Shown here piece by piece: positions 1-13,500 of a DNA stretch of 64,000 nucleotides. The notes under the pieces are model-generated. The model was not told where the DNA came from. It worked only from the letters and a program-made list of their open reading frames with translations, and searched no databases. The stretch is from Balanoglossus misakiensis. Its lineage: Eukaryota > Animalia > Hemichordata. The first letter of the stretch is position 1, and each line of letters begins with the position of its first letter. The stretch is taken from positions 62,001-126,000 of the forward strand of contig CM082597.2 in assembly GCA_040954595.2 (NCBI GenBank), in the 5' to 3' direction. The translations under genes and the position numbers were made by a program.

Positions 1-3000
1 TAGTAGCCTTCTGAACAATCGCCTGTTGGTTCAGTGTTACCATTACCCTGACAGTACTTTCCAGCTATGCAGTCTAAACAGTCACTAACATGAATGTTTC
101 CTGTAGTATTTGAGTATGTTCCAGCAGGACATGGTGATGGTGTAGCTGATCCCATCTCACAGTAAGACCCTGGAGGACATAATCCATGTGAGGGATCTGG
201 TAAAGATTCCCCTCCATCACAGAAATAACCAGCATCGCACAGTCCATTTGGTTCATATCTTCCCCACTCTCTACAGTACATACCCTCATCACATTGTACA
301 GGATATGACACACCACTTGGACAGTAGGTTCCTGGCCAACACTGACCACCAGTATAGTTGACAAGTGGACAAGTGCATTCTGATATATCAGTTGCATTAC
401 TGAAAGGTAATGGCTTGTCAGTGTAAGATCCTCCTGTACAATACCATCCATCACTACAGTTCCCAGTTGGTTCATTAAGACCATCACTTTCACAAAACTT
501 CCCAGCAGGACACTCTAAACAGTCATCAAGACTATTACTGCCATTCACTGGATTGTATGTTCCCTTTGGGCAAGGATACTCTCGATCGTATGTTGTTCCT
601 GGCGGACAATAGTATCCAGTTGGGCAGATTGTTTGTGTATATGTTGTTGAATTCTCCATACAGTAGTATCCTTGTGGACATGATTGACACACAGCTTGGC
701 CAGGAAGGTCGTTGTATGACCCACTTGGACATCCTATGGGGTCTGGTGATCCTTCTGGACAATAATGACCCTCTGGACAGATAGCACCGTCTCCTGTATG
801 GCCCCCATTTGGTTCTGCCATGTTAACACCATACCTGCAATAGTAGCCTGGTGAACATTTAGATGTTGTATTGGAGCTACCAGGTTCTTTGCAATACATG
901 CCACCATCACATTGAAGGCATTGGTTTTCTTCATAGATGCCAAACACAGGGTTGTATGTACCAGATGGACATAATCTAAGATCTGCACCTGTCTTATCTG
1001 GACAGAAGTAACCAGGGGGACACAAATCTGCCCTGTCTCTATTGACACAGTAGTATCCAGCTGGACAGTCATAGCATGCCGATGCCATTGAATGGTTCAT
1101 GTAAGTACCATTAGGACAGTAGGTGTGACCTACTGATCCTTCCACACAATAAGATCCCGGAGGACATATATCTCCAGTAATACCATCTCTAGGAGCTGGT
1201 GAGCTTGCTCCACCAACACAGTAGAAACCTTCATGACATAATCCTGATTCATCAGACAGGCCAGTTCCATTACAGAATTGCCCGGGCGTACATGGGAGAC
1301 AATCTGACTCATTAGATCTTGCACTATAGGGTTGGTAAGTACCTGCATCACAAGGATTTGGCTGTGCACTTCCCTCTGGGCAGTAGAAACCTGACGGGCA
1401 GATATCACCATATGTTTCATTGACAGGGTTAGGATTAATTGCTCTGACTTCACAGTAATACCCTTCTAAGCAGCTTCCATTTGGTGCTGTCAAACCTGGT
1501 TGTAGACAATACATTCCTGGGTAACAGTCAGTACAGTCTCCTTCACTTGGAAGTTTATCTCTATCACCAAATGTTCCTTTTGGACACAGACTGTACCACG
1601 AGGACCCTGACTCACAGTATGTTCCTTGTGGGCATGGACCCCCTGAGACATCAGCTGGGTCTGGTGCCGGTGTTATTGCATATAAAACACAATAGTATCC
1701 AGCAGCACAAAGTCCAGTCGGCTCAGTTATGTTTTCAGCTTCGCAATAGAAACCCTCTGGACATGGTCTACATTCCTCTTCACTTTCAAGGTTTGTTGTG
1801 TTACTATAAGTACTGACTGGACAAGGAAACTGGCGTCTCGTTTCTGTACCATTTGGACAATAAAATCCAGCAGGGCAATCTTTTGGTGTGACAACTCCAT
1901 GTGAAGGTGCTGAGATACCACTTTGTTGTTCATCTATTGCTTCATTCATGTCACAGTAACTCCCAGCTGGACATATAATGCAGCTACCTTGACCTGCCAG
2001 TGGTTGAAAGAATCCTGACATGCATGGAGTTTGGTCTGCACTCCCAACAGGACATTCATGACCTTCAAGACACTCATTTCCAGGTGGCTGGGCTGCAGTA
2101 GAACCTTCTGGACAAAACCAGCCTTCATCACAATATCCATTTGGTAAATCTCTGCCCCAACCAGAGCAATACATCCCTGCAGTACATGGCATACAATCAT
2201 TCTTGTAGTGGTTAGCATATCTGTCACTGTAAGTACCTGGTTCACATGCAACTGGATAAGCACTGCCTTCTGGACAGTAGTGTCCCATTGGACAGATATC
2301 CCCTGTGGTTTCATTCACTGGATTTGGCAGAATAGTGCTGCCATTGCAATAATATCCAGCCATGCAAAGACCACTTTCTGTTTCGAGTTCATCTGAAAGA
2401 CAGTAATACCCAGGTGTACACGGAATTGGTTCAGATGATCCTACCGGACAAAATGTTCCAGCAAGACACTTTCCACCTGTACTCTGAGCTGGGCAGTGAC
2501 AATCTTCACCGGTGTCATTTCCTAGTGTTGTTGGTTTGTCTTTCCAGGCACCTAAGCTACAGTACCATCCTGGTGCACAGTAACCAGCAGGATAAGCCAT
2601 ACCACGATATGGGCAGTACATCCCAGGTGGACAAAGTTCACAATCATTCACACTTTCACCTTTGGTTCTGTTGTTGTACGTGCCATTATTACATGGGTAT
2701 TCCACATCAAATTCAGTGTTCACAGGGCAGAAGTGTCCCATTGGGCATTCGGTTATGTTCACACTTCCCTCCATACAATAGTATCCAGCAGGACAGTCCA
2801 GACAGTCACTTTGAGCTTCAATAGGATTATATGTGCCAGCTATGCAAAGTACAGCAACACTGCTCCCCGAGTTACAAAATGTTCCTGGTGGACAGGGTCC
2901 ACTATTGACAGATAGTTCACTTGGTCTTGAGCTGTTTGATCCGAGAGTACAATAGAAACCAGGCTCACATAAACCAGTGGGATATGACAGACCAGGAACT

Positions 3001-4507
3001 TCACAGTAGTAACCTTCAAGGCATAGTTGACACTCATCTTCACTAGTAATTGCTGTTATATTACTAAAAGTAGATGCTGGGCATGGGATAGGTTCTCCAG
3101 TACCTTGTTCACAGTAAAAGCCTGCAGGACAGACATCAGCATCACCTCTTGACAATCCATTTGGTGTTGGTGAATCAGACCCACTTCTACAGTAGTATCC
3201 TGCACTACATTGTCCAGTCTCTGAGGTGCTATTCAACTGATTACAGAAGTACCCAGCAGTGCATTGTGAGCACATTGTTTCATTTGAAAGACCAGTTTGT
3301 GCGCTGAATGTTCCCAGTGGACAGGGTTGCCATACATGTCCAGTTCCCTCTGGACAGTAATATCCTGCAGGGCAGTCATCAGGATTTGAACCAGAGGTAC
3401 AATAATGCCCTGGAGTACATGGTAAACACTCTTCATTCAATGTTGTATCGGTATATGAGCCTGGTTCACATGGGATGGGTTGACTGGATCCTGGTGGACA
3501 AAAGTGACCTACAGGGCAGACATTTCCTGTGAAACCATCCGTTGGTGTCGATGTTGAAGCATTCCCACTGCAATAATATCTTGCACTACAGTTTCCAGCA
3601 GGTGTGTCCATCCCATATTGTGGGCAATATTCACCTGGGATACAACCAAGACATTCATCCTCTGATCTCAAACCTTCTGTGGGATTGAACGTACCAGGTG
3701 GACATAATAAAGAGCTATTTGAACCTGTCGGGCAGTACCCTCCCTTAGGACATATATCTCCTGTCACGCCATCCAGTGGTGTTGAAATGTAAGCACCTTG
3801 CACGCAATAGTAACCTGCACTGCATTCTCCAGAAGGAGCTGACAAACCTTCCTGGCCACAATAGTAACCACCTGGGCAAAGTGAACAGTCTGAAGATGAT
3901 ACAAGGTGTGTAACATCACTGTAGGTACCATTTGGACATGGAAACTGACTGGCATACTGTGTTCCAGCAGGACAGTAGTGTCCTGTAGGACAAGGCTGAG
4001 GATTTTGTACTCCATGAGCACAGTAGGTGTCATTTTGTAATGTTGAATCACAGTAGTATCCAGCTATACATATCTTGCATGATGCTAGACCCCATTCATC
4101 CTGATATTCTCCAGGGATACATGGTCTCTCTTCTGGGCTCCCAGCAGTACAGTAGTGACCAGGTGAACAGCGGTATTCATCAGGGCGACTGACATTCTGA
4201 CCTTGTGGGCAATAGTAGCCAGCATCACAGACACCAGAAGGTTCAGACAGAGCATTATCTCCACAATAGAAACCAGGTAGACATGGTTGGCAGCCTTCAA
4301 ATGCTGTATTTCCTGTTGCATTAGAAAAGTATCCGGCAGGACATGATATTGGATCAATAGTTCCTTGGGGACAATAATGACCAGTAGGACATATATCCCC
4401 TGTTATTCCGTCTGTTGGGTTGCGTACACTGGCACCAAGACTACAGTAATAACCAGCATCACATTCACCTGTTACATTGGCCAATGCAGATTGCTCACAA
4501 TAATGAC
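1..4507 (-). CDS. Very large exon (>=4507 nt, ~1,500 aa) of the giant Cys-rich gene
   Basis: Acceptor tttcttattgcag ends at 4508. The frame begins G|HYCEQSALANVTGECDAGYYC and is still in phase at the window edge (DCSEGY at 20-3). The ORF track lists no stop-terminated ORF in this frame, consistent with no in-frame stop. Confidence 0.93.
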
Positions 4508-7500
4508 CTGCAATAAGAAAAATATACAAACATGTATACAAAACCTCTCGTTTGCATGTAGCATATATTGAGATACACACCCATTCATAAGTCCAAAAGA
4601 ATAAGATAATCCCACAACAACAAAATCACTATGCAACATGATACACCAACTTAGGATATGAAATTGAGCATTTTCTATAGAATCACACATGTTGATATGC
4701 AAGTTGGCTTCTATATTCTGACAATCTTAACCAGCAAACTTTGTTTCTCATCATCTGCAAGAGGTTGATATATTAAAAATTAACAACAAACCTGGCAGAC
4801 AAGGCGTGGGTTCACTTGATCCAATTGGACAGAATTCTCCAGGTTCACACTGTCCCCCAGTAGCATTTGTTGGGCAGTAACAATTCACTGAGATGTTGGA
4901 ATAGCCAAGGTCAGTTGGTTGATCTGACCAAGCACCACGGATACAGTACCAGCCAGAAGCACAGTCTCCACTGAATGAGTCAAGTCCAGTACTGCCACAA
5001 TATTTACCTGAAAGGTGACAACATATATACAATGTATATGCATTACTTGTATGTGATTTGCTCCTAAACTATGCATGTGGTTAGCCATAGTCATCCTAAA
5101 GTACAAACAAATTGGGAAGCACTATTGTCCAAAAGTGTAAAAAAAAGGATGTCATACCTGGTGGACAGGGTTTGCAGTCATCAATAGTTTGTTTCCCTTC
5201 ATAATCATTAAATGTACCAGCTGGACACGGATATTGTGTGCTGTAATCTGTTCCCTCAGGACAGTAATGCCCTTCAGGACATGGGGTAGCAGTATATGTT
5301 GTAGAATTGGCAGGACACCAATATCTGAAAACAAAACAGAAAGCAATGAAGTAACTATTTTTATTTCACATAATATGTCAAACAGTGTAATCCCTCTGCG
5401 ATGAACACACTCAGTCAGTGTAAATCTGTCTCAGACTCAGAGCTCACACTAGGTCATCAACAATTGACCAACTTATATGAGAGTCAACTCAAATTAAAGT
5501 GTACTGCTTGTATCTGCTTCTTCACATTATGATCAAGTTGTATATGAAGTGTAAATATAAGTTGTATATGAAGTATTATATTATACCAGTATATTGATGG
5601 TGTAAATCACGCTATTTGATTGGTCGAGACACGACACGTGACCGTGATATATTAGCCATATACCACAGTCATATATCATAGTCAAAGAAAATGCCTTTTT
5701 AAAATGTTTTATGCAAAGTTTCAATATACTGGCATAATATAATAGCAATAAAACACCCCCAGCCATGGTATACCACTCGATTTTGACCAGTTCAACTCCA
5801 TATACGCACTCGCTATCGCTCGTGCATATATGTCGTGAACTGGTCAAAATCTCGTGGTATACCATGGCTGGGGGTGTTTTATTGCTTAATCATATCTAGT
5901 TGTTTCATACTTATTCTGCATATAGATCCTACCCAGTCTTGCATATACCATACTTTGAGTATACTTTATGTAGGGTCAATTTTGCTGAGGAAATGTTGAA
6001 GTTTGTAATTTGTACATACCCTGATTCGCACAATAAGCATTCTTCCTGGCCCTCCAAAGGATTGTATGTTCCTGGTAAACAACCCAGAGGAAATGATGTT
6101 CCATTTGGACAGAAATGACCTACAAAGAGTTAAACAACAACATCAATAAATGATTAGCAAAATGTGCAGTTTCACTATGATGTATCTGTAGTGACAATAT
6201 TTACTGATGGTGAAACATAACATGGCAGCAACGCAATCGTGTCATTACAGCAGCAAGTAATATGGTTTAAAATGAGCCAACTTACCAGCAGGACAAGGGC
6301 CACCAGTTTCATCTTCTATTGGATTATTTGGATCTTTTGCACCTCTCAAGCAATAGAAACCAGCATAACAATCGCCAGTTGGACGAGTTAAACCTTCACT
6401 TCCACAAAATTGGCCATACAAACACTGGGTACATTCGCTCTGTAAACATTGTCAATGAAACCTGTGTCAGTTACAAAGAATGGCACTTGCTGTGGTCTCT
6501 CATTGAAATTCCCCACAGTCACTCAATGAAAGTTGACAATGTAAATGTAGTGTGGGCAGTAAAATCTATCTCAGTTGATAGCTTACCTCATTAGTTAATT
6601 TAGTATTATTACTAAAAGTACCAGTTGGACATTTGTCTGGAGTTGATGTACCAAGAGGACAATAATGTCCCTCAGGACAAATACCAGCAGTACCTAATAC
6701 AGAAAAGTAGGGAAAAAAATTAAAGGCTTGAAACATTTGTGACGCATGGCAAATCAAAACTGTCCTTGAAACTGTTTCTGACACAAATACATGTGAGTGA
6801 ACATGATTGTATATCAAGCATGTTTCAGAAAAAAAATAGAGATGGTTTTGGTTGTCTGAGAAATGTCCTTGCTATGCAAGCATGCAAATAAAACCAACTC
6901 TAGATTTCATTTTGTTGGCACTACTGGGCTGCAGAAACTTAAATCAAACTTACCTCTGTAATTACTTTCTGGGGTTGGTGTATCAGACCCCTCCACACAG
7001 TAATATCCAGGATCACAGTACCCTGATGGACTTGTAGCATTAGGATAGGCACAATACATCCCTGCTAAACAAGTCTGACATTCTGTGTCATTCGATAACC
7101 CATCTTTACTACTGAATGTACCTGGAGGGCATGACTGCCACAGCCAACCAGTGCCCTCTGGACAGTAATATCCTGCAGAAAACATTACACAGTTTATAAC
7201 TTGTATTTCAGATACAAATATTACACTTTATCTATAATACAACAGACAGAGAGCAAAATAAGATATCTATCATTCAACGCCAATTAAATACACACCATAC
7301 GTTGCACAAACTATTTACAGAACATGAAATCTACCAAGGAAACAAGCAGCCACTAAACGGCCACTGAACAACCAAGGAGCCACTTTATATCAACAACTAG
7401 TATCACTGTACAAATGAGCCTTTTTACAAACATCTATCACTGCACTTACCTGCTGGACATCTTTCTGGATCTAACCCAGTCACACAATAATGAGCTGCAG

Positions 7501-10500
7501 GACACTGGAGACATTCATCAGCATGAGTTGTTGTCATATATGTACCATGTTCACATGGTATTGGGCTGGCTGTTCCCTCTGGGCAATAATGTCCAACAGT
7601 GCATGGATCACCAGTAACATTATTGTCATTAGGAGTGGGTGATATTGCTCCACCAGAACAATAATACCTTTGAAAATATATTTTGTTATGCATTAGAACT
7701 GCAGTTCATATTCACACAAATTGAATTCAAACAGACACGTTGCTGTAAAGAGCACTAAAGCCAACATGTTCAATCACATTGTAATTTAGAAGTTGCAATA
7801 TCCTTCATGTTTATATTGCTTATCTGAGAGATCATGATTCAAAGCTGAGAAAATTTCATTATTACTCTGATGATAAATATGTAATTAGGGTTTCGAGACC
7901 AGAGGGGTCTCGGATTGGAGCGTAATTAAATATGCACATATGCACATATCTATCTCCCGGCGAACCAATAGGGCTAGTAGTGTCTCGAAACCCGCTTATT
8001 GCTGTTCACAGCTATATTTCTGTATATATAATACCTGGGTTCACATGGCCCTGATGGTTTGGTTAATCCAGTACCATTGCAATAAAATCCTCCTGTACAT
8101 GTTTGACATTCACTTTCTGATTCTAACCCAGTACTATCTGACCAGGTTCCAGCTGGACAAGGATCTGGGGCTGGAGTGCCTGAAATTAAAAAGCATCATA
8201 CTTCTAGTTTAGGTATTTATGACCTAATCAGAGCAATTGACCCACAGCTTAATGTCCACCCTTGATCAAGCACCTGGTTAATGTTAAAACATCTCTGGAG
8301 CCATCAAGATGTTCATATGACTGTGACTACTCACCAGAGAGGCAGTAATGGCCTTCTGGACAAAGGCTTCCAGTTACACCATCTGTAGGTACACGGCTGG
8401 ATGCACCACCTTTACACCAAAATCCTGCGTTACAGTCACCTATGTTATGTCAAAGAAATAAAACAACACTGTTGAATAATCCATTCCATTTTGTATGACA
8501 TTCAAGACTGTGATTCTCTTATTGTTTGTTACTTCAGTCTCATTTCATCACTTAAATGTACATCACGGCCATTAAGTGTCAATAAACTCAACTGGCAGCT
8601 CCTGGAATGAAAACTATATCAGATGCATTGCAAATAGACATAGTATTGCATTACTAACCTGACACATTACTGAGTCCAATTCCTTGGCAATATTTTCCTT
8701 CTGGACACTCCTGACACTGAGTTGCATCTTCCAACTGAGTGGCAGTGCCATAGGTTCCATTAGGACATCCATACTGTATGGCATACTCAGTTCCATTTGG
8801 ACAGTAATATCCCAGTGGACAAGGGTAAGGCGTATAGCTTGTTACTGGTGCATTGGCTCTGTCACAGTAATACCCTGATAAGAAACAGTACAAGTCTTTG
8901 TCAACAACATAGTCCCTATTGGTTCAACATATAAAGGAAAACATGAGGAAGTCCAAGGCAACATCATTATCTAAATTATATCACTGGGAATGAAGAGTTT
9001 ATGAAACAATGATTAGTATTACTGCGTTCCAGATAGGCATTAGCCATTGGCAAAAAGGCCAATCTTTAAAACAAATGCCCAATAAGAATGTCAGCTTGGC
9101 AGACTGCATCAAATTACTATGCTACTTATAAACTTACCCGCATTGCAGACTTTACATTCTCCTTGCCCAGCCTCATCTTGGTAATAACCAGATTCACACT
9201 CAGTTTCTTCAAAACTCCCAAGATCACAATAGTAGCCAGGTGAGCATGGGAATGGATTACTTATGTTCATTCCAGCAGGACAGTAGTAGCCTTAGGAGAC
9301 AAATGAAAGCATGAGTGTTATTCAAATACATTCAAATACTGTTTGGGTGTGCCTTGACAAGCAGGGAAAGTTTATGATGCTAAGCCAACACTTTCTGCTG
9401 AGTTTAACATGTCCATGTCATCTGGATAGACATGGTGGAGGTAATTAGGAATAGTTGGAATGCCTACTCTGAGATCATCAATTTATCTTACTAAATAACT
9501 TAGTGATTACCTGAAATACAGATTTGTGAAGAGATTGCATGAAGTTAGCAAAAACAAGCATCATAAGTCAACAAGAATACAATGGGCAAGAATACCTTCA
9601 TCACAAGGTCCAGTAGGTTCTACCAAACCAGGTGTTTCACAGTAGTAGCCAGGTGTACAACTGTAACATTCACTTTCTTTGGTTAAGCCAGTAGAATTAG
9701 AAAAGGTTCCTATTGGACACATTGGTGGATTTGCACCTGTACCAGATGGACAATATCTGCCAACCGGACATATGTCACCTGTGAGGCCATCTGTTGGGTC
9801 AGATCGACTAGCACTACGATTGCAATAATAACCAGCATCACATGGCCCAGAAACAACATCAAGACCTGTGTATTACAAAAATATTATTAATTGGCATTCA
9901 TTGATTTAATAATGTTGAGAAATAATTCTGCATTTTTATCTTTAAAAGCATTCATCTAGGCAATTTCAAAAAGTGTTGAATAAAAGATTAGAACTGACCT
10001 GGTTCTTCACAGTAATTCCCTTCAGTGCATGGAGTTGGTTCAAATGAACCTCTTGGACAGAAAAATCCAGGTTGACATTGACCACCAGTAACCGTTGATG
10101 GACATAAACAATCTCCACTTGTGTAATTGTCATAATCAAAAGGTTTAGGAGACCAAGCAGCTTGAATGCAGAACCAACCTATCAATGATAATAAATATTT
10201 TCAGTTATGACATTTACTATGTTGTCATGAGATCTTCTGTTGGTCATCCATCACTTGTCTCACGGCACAGATCTAAATAAATTGTGTTAGTAGACATTGA
10301 TTGCTCAAATGTACAACGATATTTCATTCATCACATTTGAAAGTAGTATGTTTGGCACAGGCAATTTTCACATGGATACACTGCTACAGTACATTACTAC
10401 GTCATAAAAATGTAAGAAGAGAGGTGTCTGATCTGACATTATGTTAAGGATATAAAGCATTTCAGAAGGATGAAATAAATGAGAATAAATTCACACCTTC

Positions 10501-13500
10501 ATCACATTGGTCTGTATAAGTTGTGTTGCCTTCCCAAGCACAATAGAAACCAGGATCACAAGGCGTACAATCGTCCACACTCTGTCCAAGTTCATTGCCT
10601 CTGTAGTAACCTCGTGGACATGGATATTGTGTGGCATACTCAGTTCCTGAAAAAGACACCAGTTAGTAGCAACAAGAATCCTACAAACTGATTATTGAAG
10701 TAAACGACAAAACCATACGTGCATATATGCTTGTTTGTTTGTTTGCTTGCTTGATAAAATTACATTTCTGATAAAACCTAAGTCAAATTTTATATTCAAA
10801 CACTGATTCGATTTCAGGGACGCAACTAAGAATAAACTTCTTGTGGTAAAAACACATACTTGGAATTATTTTTCCATGTGCTACATGTACAGGGTTCATA
10901 CACCTAGAGCAATTCAAAATTCCAGGAGTTTCCAGGAGATTTCCAGTAATTTTCCAGGAGTTTTTGTGGTAAAAATGCCATTTTCCAGGGTGTTTTACGC
11001 AACAAAACTGTGCAACTTTATTATTACTGTTACATTCATATGCACTTGTAATTCTAGTTTAACAAATCATTTAAAGACTTTTGACTGTGATACTAGTACA
11101 AATTTCAATGACCTCCCCATGAAGACCTAGTAAAACAATTTTCACCCAGAGATCACCTGGGTTCCTAAATCATTTAGCATATTTGGCTAAAATTTAAGTG
11201 ACCCCCCCCCCTGGATTTTGCCGCCACCCCTCGGCCGTAAAAACTGAACAGTCCCTAAAGCAATGATTTCTGTCTTGATAAAATCGACAAATTACTGATG
11301 GAAATTACTGCTGAAAAAACCCACAAAAAAACGCCTGCCTTTTTTGCTTCTTTTTGACATCACTAATTGCCCTTGAACATCGATCTTAGGGTGTCTGCCG
11401 CGGCCGTCTGTACAAGTATTCTGCAGGCGCGCGGACACATGGCATGACCTCTAACAAAAGTTGCTACATCTTTTGTCAAGTTTTAGATATTTTGTTGCGA
11501 CCGGAACGCTGAGCTGCGTTAGTTGTTGCAATTTGTGCTTTACTAAGTCAATAATGATACTATTTATAGAACGCCTGTCTAAATAACTGGTGCGCTGAGT
11601 GAAATGGGCAACGCGTACTGTTTCACGATCCGGTGAAATGCGATCGTGACTCGCGGTTTTCCAGGAGTTTCAAGGAGAAATTTTGAATTTCCAGGAGATT
11701 TCAGGAGTTTCCAGGAGGGGTTTCAAATTCCAGGAGATTCCAGGAGTTTCCAGGAGCGTACGAACCCTGCATGTACATCAATGGTGATTGTTTGCACATT
11801 GTAATTACAGATCTATATTAATTACATGCAGGCATCAATGAAAATGTCTTTGTCTAATCCATTCATTAACAGGAAAATGGACAAAGACTTACCATTCGGA
11901 CAGTAAAAACCTGGTGGGCACTTGTACGGTAGATAGGTTGTTGAATTTGCAGGACAATAGTAGCCAGGCTCACACGCAAAGCATTCAGCTTGTTGTTCCA
12001 AATCATTGTAAAAACCTGCATTACATCCAAAAGGAACAGAAGTTCCCTGTGGACAATAATGCCCAATAGGACATGGTCCACCTGTGCTGTCATCACCTGT
12101 AATAATGAAAGTAATAATCTTTAAATCACATCTGTTCCAAATGTACATAATGGAAACACACAACAAAAAATATTTAGTTATTAGCACATATTTCAACACA
12201 GACTTCAGTTCATAAAACGATAATGAAAGACTGGATACAAACTGTTTGTAAAACTGAGAGATGAAAGAGAGTGGTCAACCTTGCTCCATATGAATCATCC
12301 ATCATCTTTATGTCAAAACTGGAAATGGTTACACTTTATAAACTTAATATGAAGGATACCTATGGGATTAGGATATGATGCTCCTCGAAGGCAATAAAAT
12401 CCTGGATCACAAGGTCCTGTAGGTTGTGTTAGATTGGAGTCTCCACAATATGTTCCTAAATCACATGTTGTACAATCTTCAACAGCTTGGAGATGTGTTG
12501 TAGTTGAATAGGTACCATTAGGACAACTTTGAGGAGTGTGGGTTCCTTGTGGACAGAAGAAACCAGGTGGACAAGGACCTCCAATACCAGCAGTTGTTTC
12601 AGGTGTTGGGTTACTTACATTGTTACCTGGAAATAAAGATTATAGTCATGTCATTTCACCAATATCTATAGTATTAGTAGGTTATCAATCTCCATAAATC
12701 TCAGCAGCAATGTCAAAATCAGTGGTCAACTTCTGTTGACTGGTTACATTCAGTAAAGAGCAACATTTTCCATTACCATATAGCTGCAATGTACTATTTG
12801 AGCAGCTCTACTACACAAGTAAACACATACAAACATGGTGTGTCTCTGATCTGTCTTTCTATGATTGATAAACATACTTTGCTCATTATCTGTCACAAAA
12901 AGTAATCTGCTGGAAACAAAGCAAAACAGCAGCTGCATGGAACACTCAGGACAACATCATCTTGTTCATTGGTTTGAAGATTTATAGTCTGAAGACAGTA
13001 TGACTTACCTAATACACAATAGTATCCAGCATCACAAGGTCCAGCTGATGCATTCAGCGTATCAAAATCTGAGGCACCTAATGCTGTACAGTATTTTCCA
13101 GGTGCACATGGCAAACATTGATCTTCATTCGCTAAACCCAAGTCTGGATTGTAATATCCACGTGGACATGGTATATACTCATTACCACCAGTGTTTGGAG
13201 GACAATAATGACCTTTTGGACACAACAATAATTCTTCTCCATCCGCACAGTAATACCCTGCAACCACAAAAATATGTAATACAACTAAGAACCATGCATA
13301 TGTTAAACAAAGTTGTAAATAATTTGTACAAACATACACATCCTGACCAAGCAGTTTTTTTTACATAGGATTGTAAATGTTCCATTTGCCTTTGCTGATA
13401 AAATTATGACAGGAGGACAACAAAGTCAGGTTGTAATTTATTTCAGCAAATGTTGGTCAAAACAACTCTCCTGGTGCCTGACAGCCGTTAGTATTAAGGA

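Noticed and set aside
1-4507. Selenocysteine or stop-codon recoding in the Cys-rich frame
   Set aside because: No in-frame TGA was found in the portions translated by hand, and the ORF track implies none in this exon.
74-4702. About 20 short ORFs on both strands in the ORF track
   Set aside because: Off-frame or antisense shadows of the single long Cys-rich exon, whose true frame runs off the window and so is not listed.
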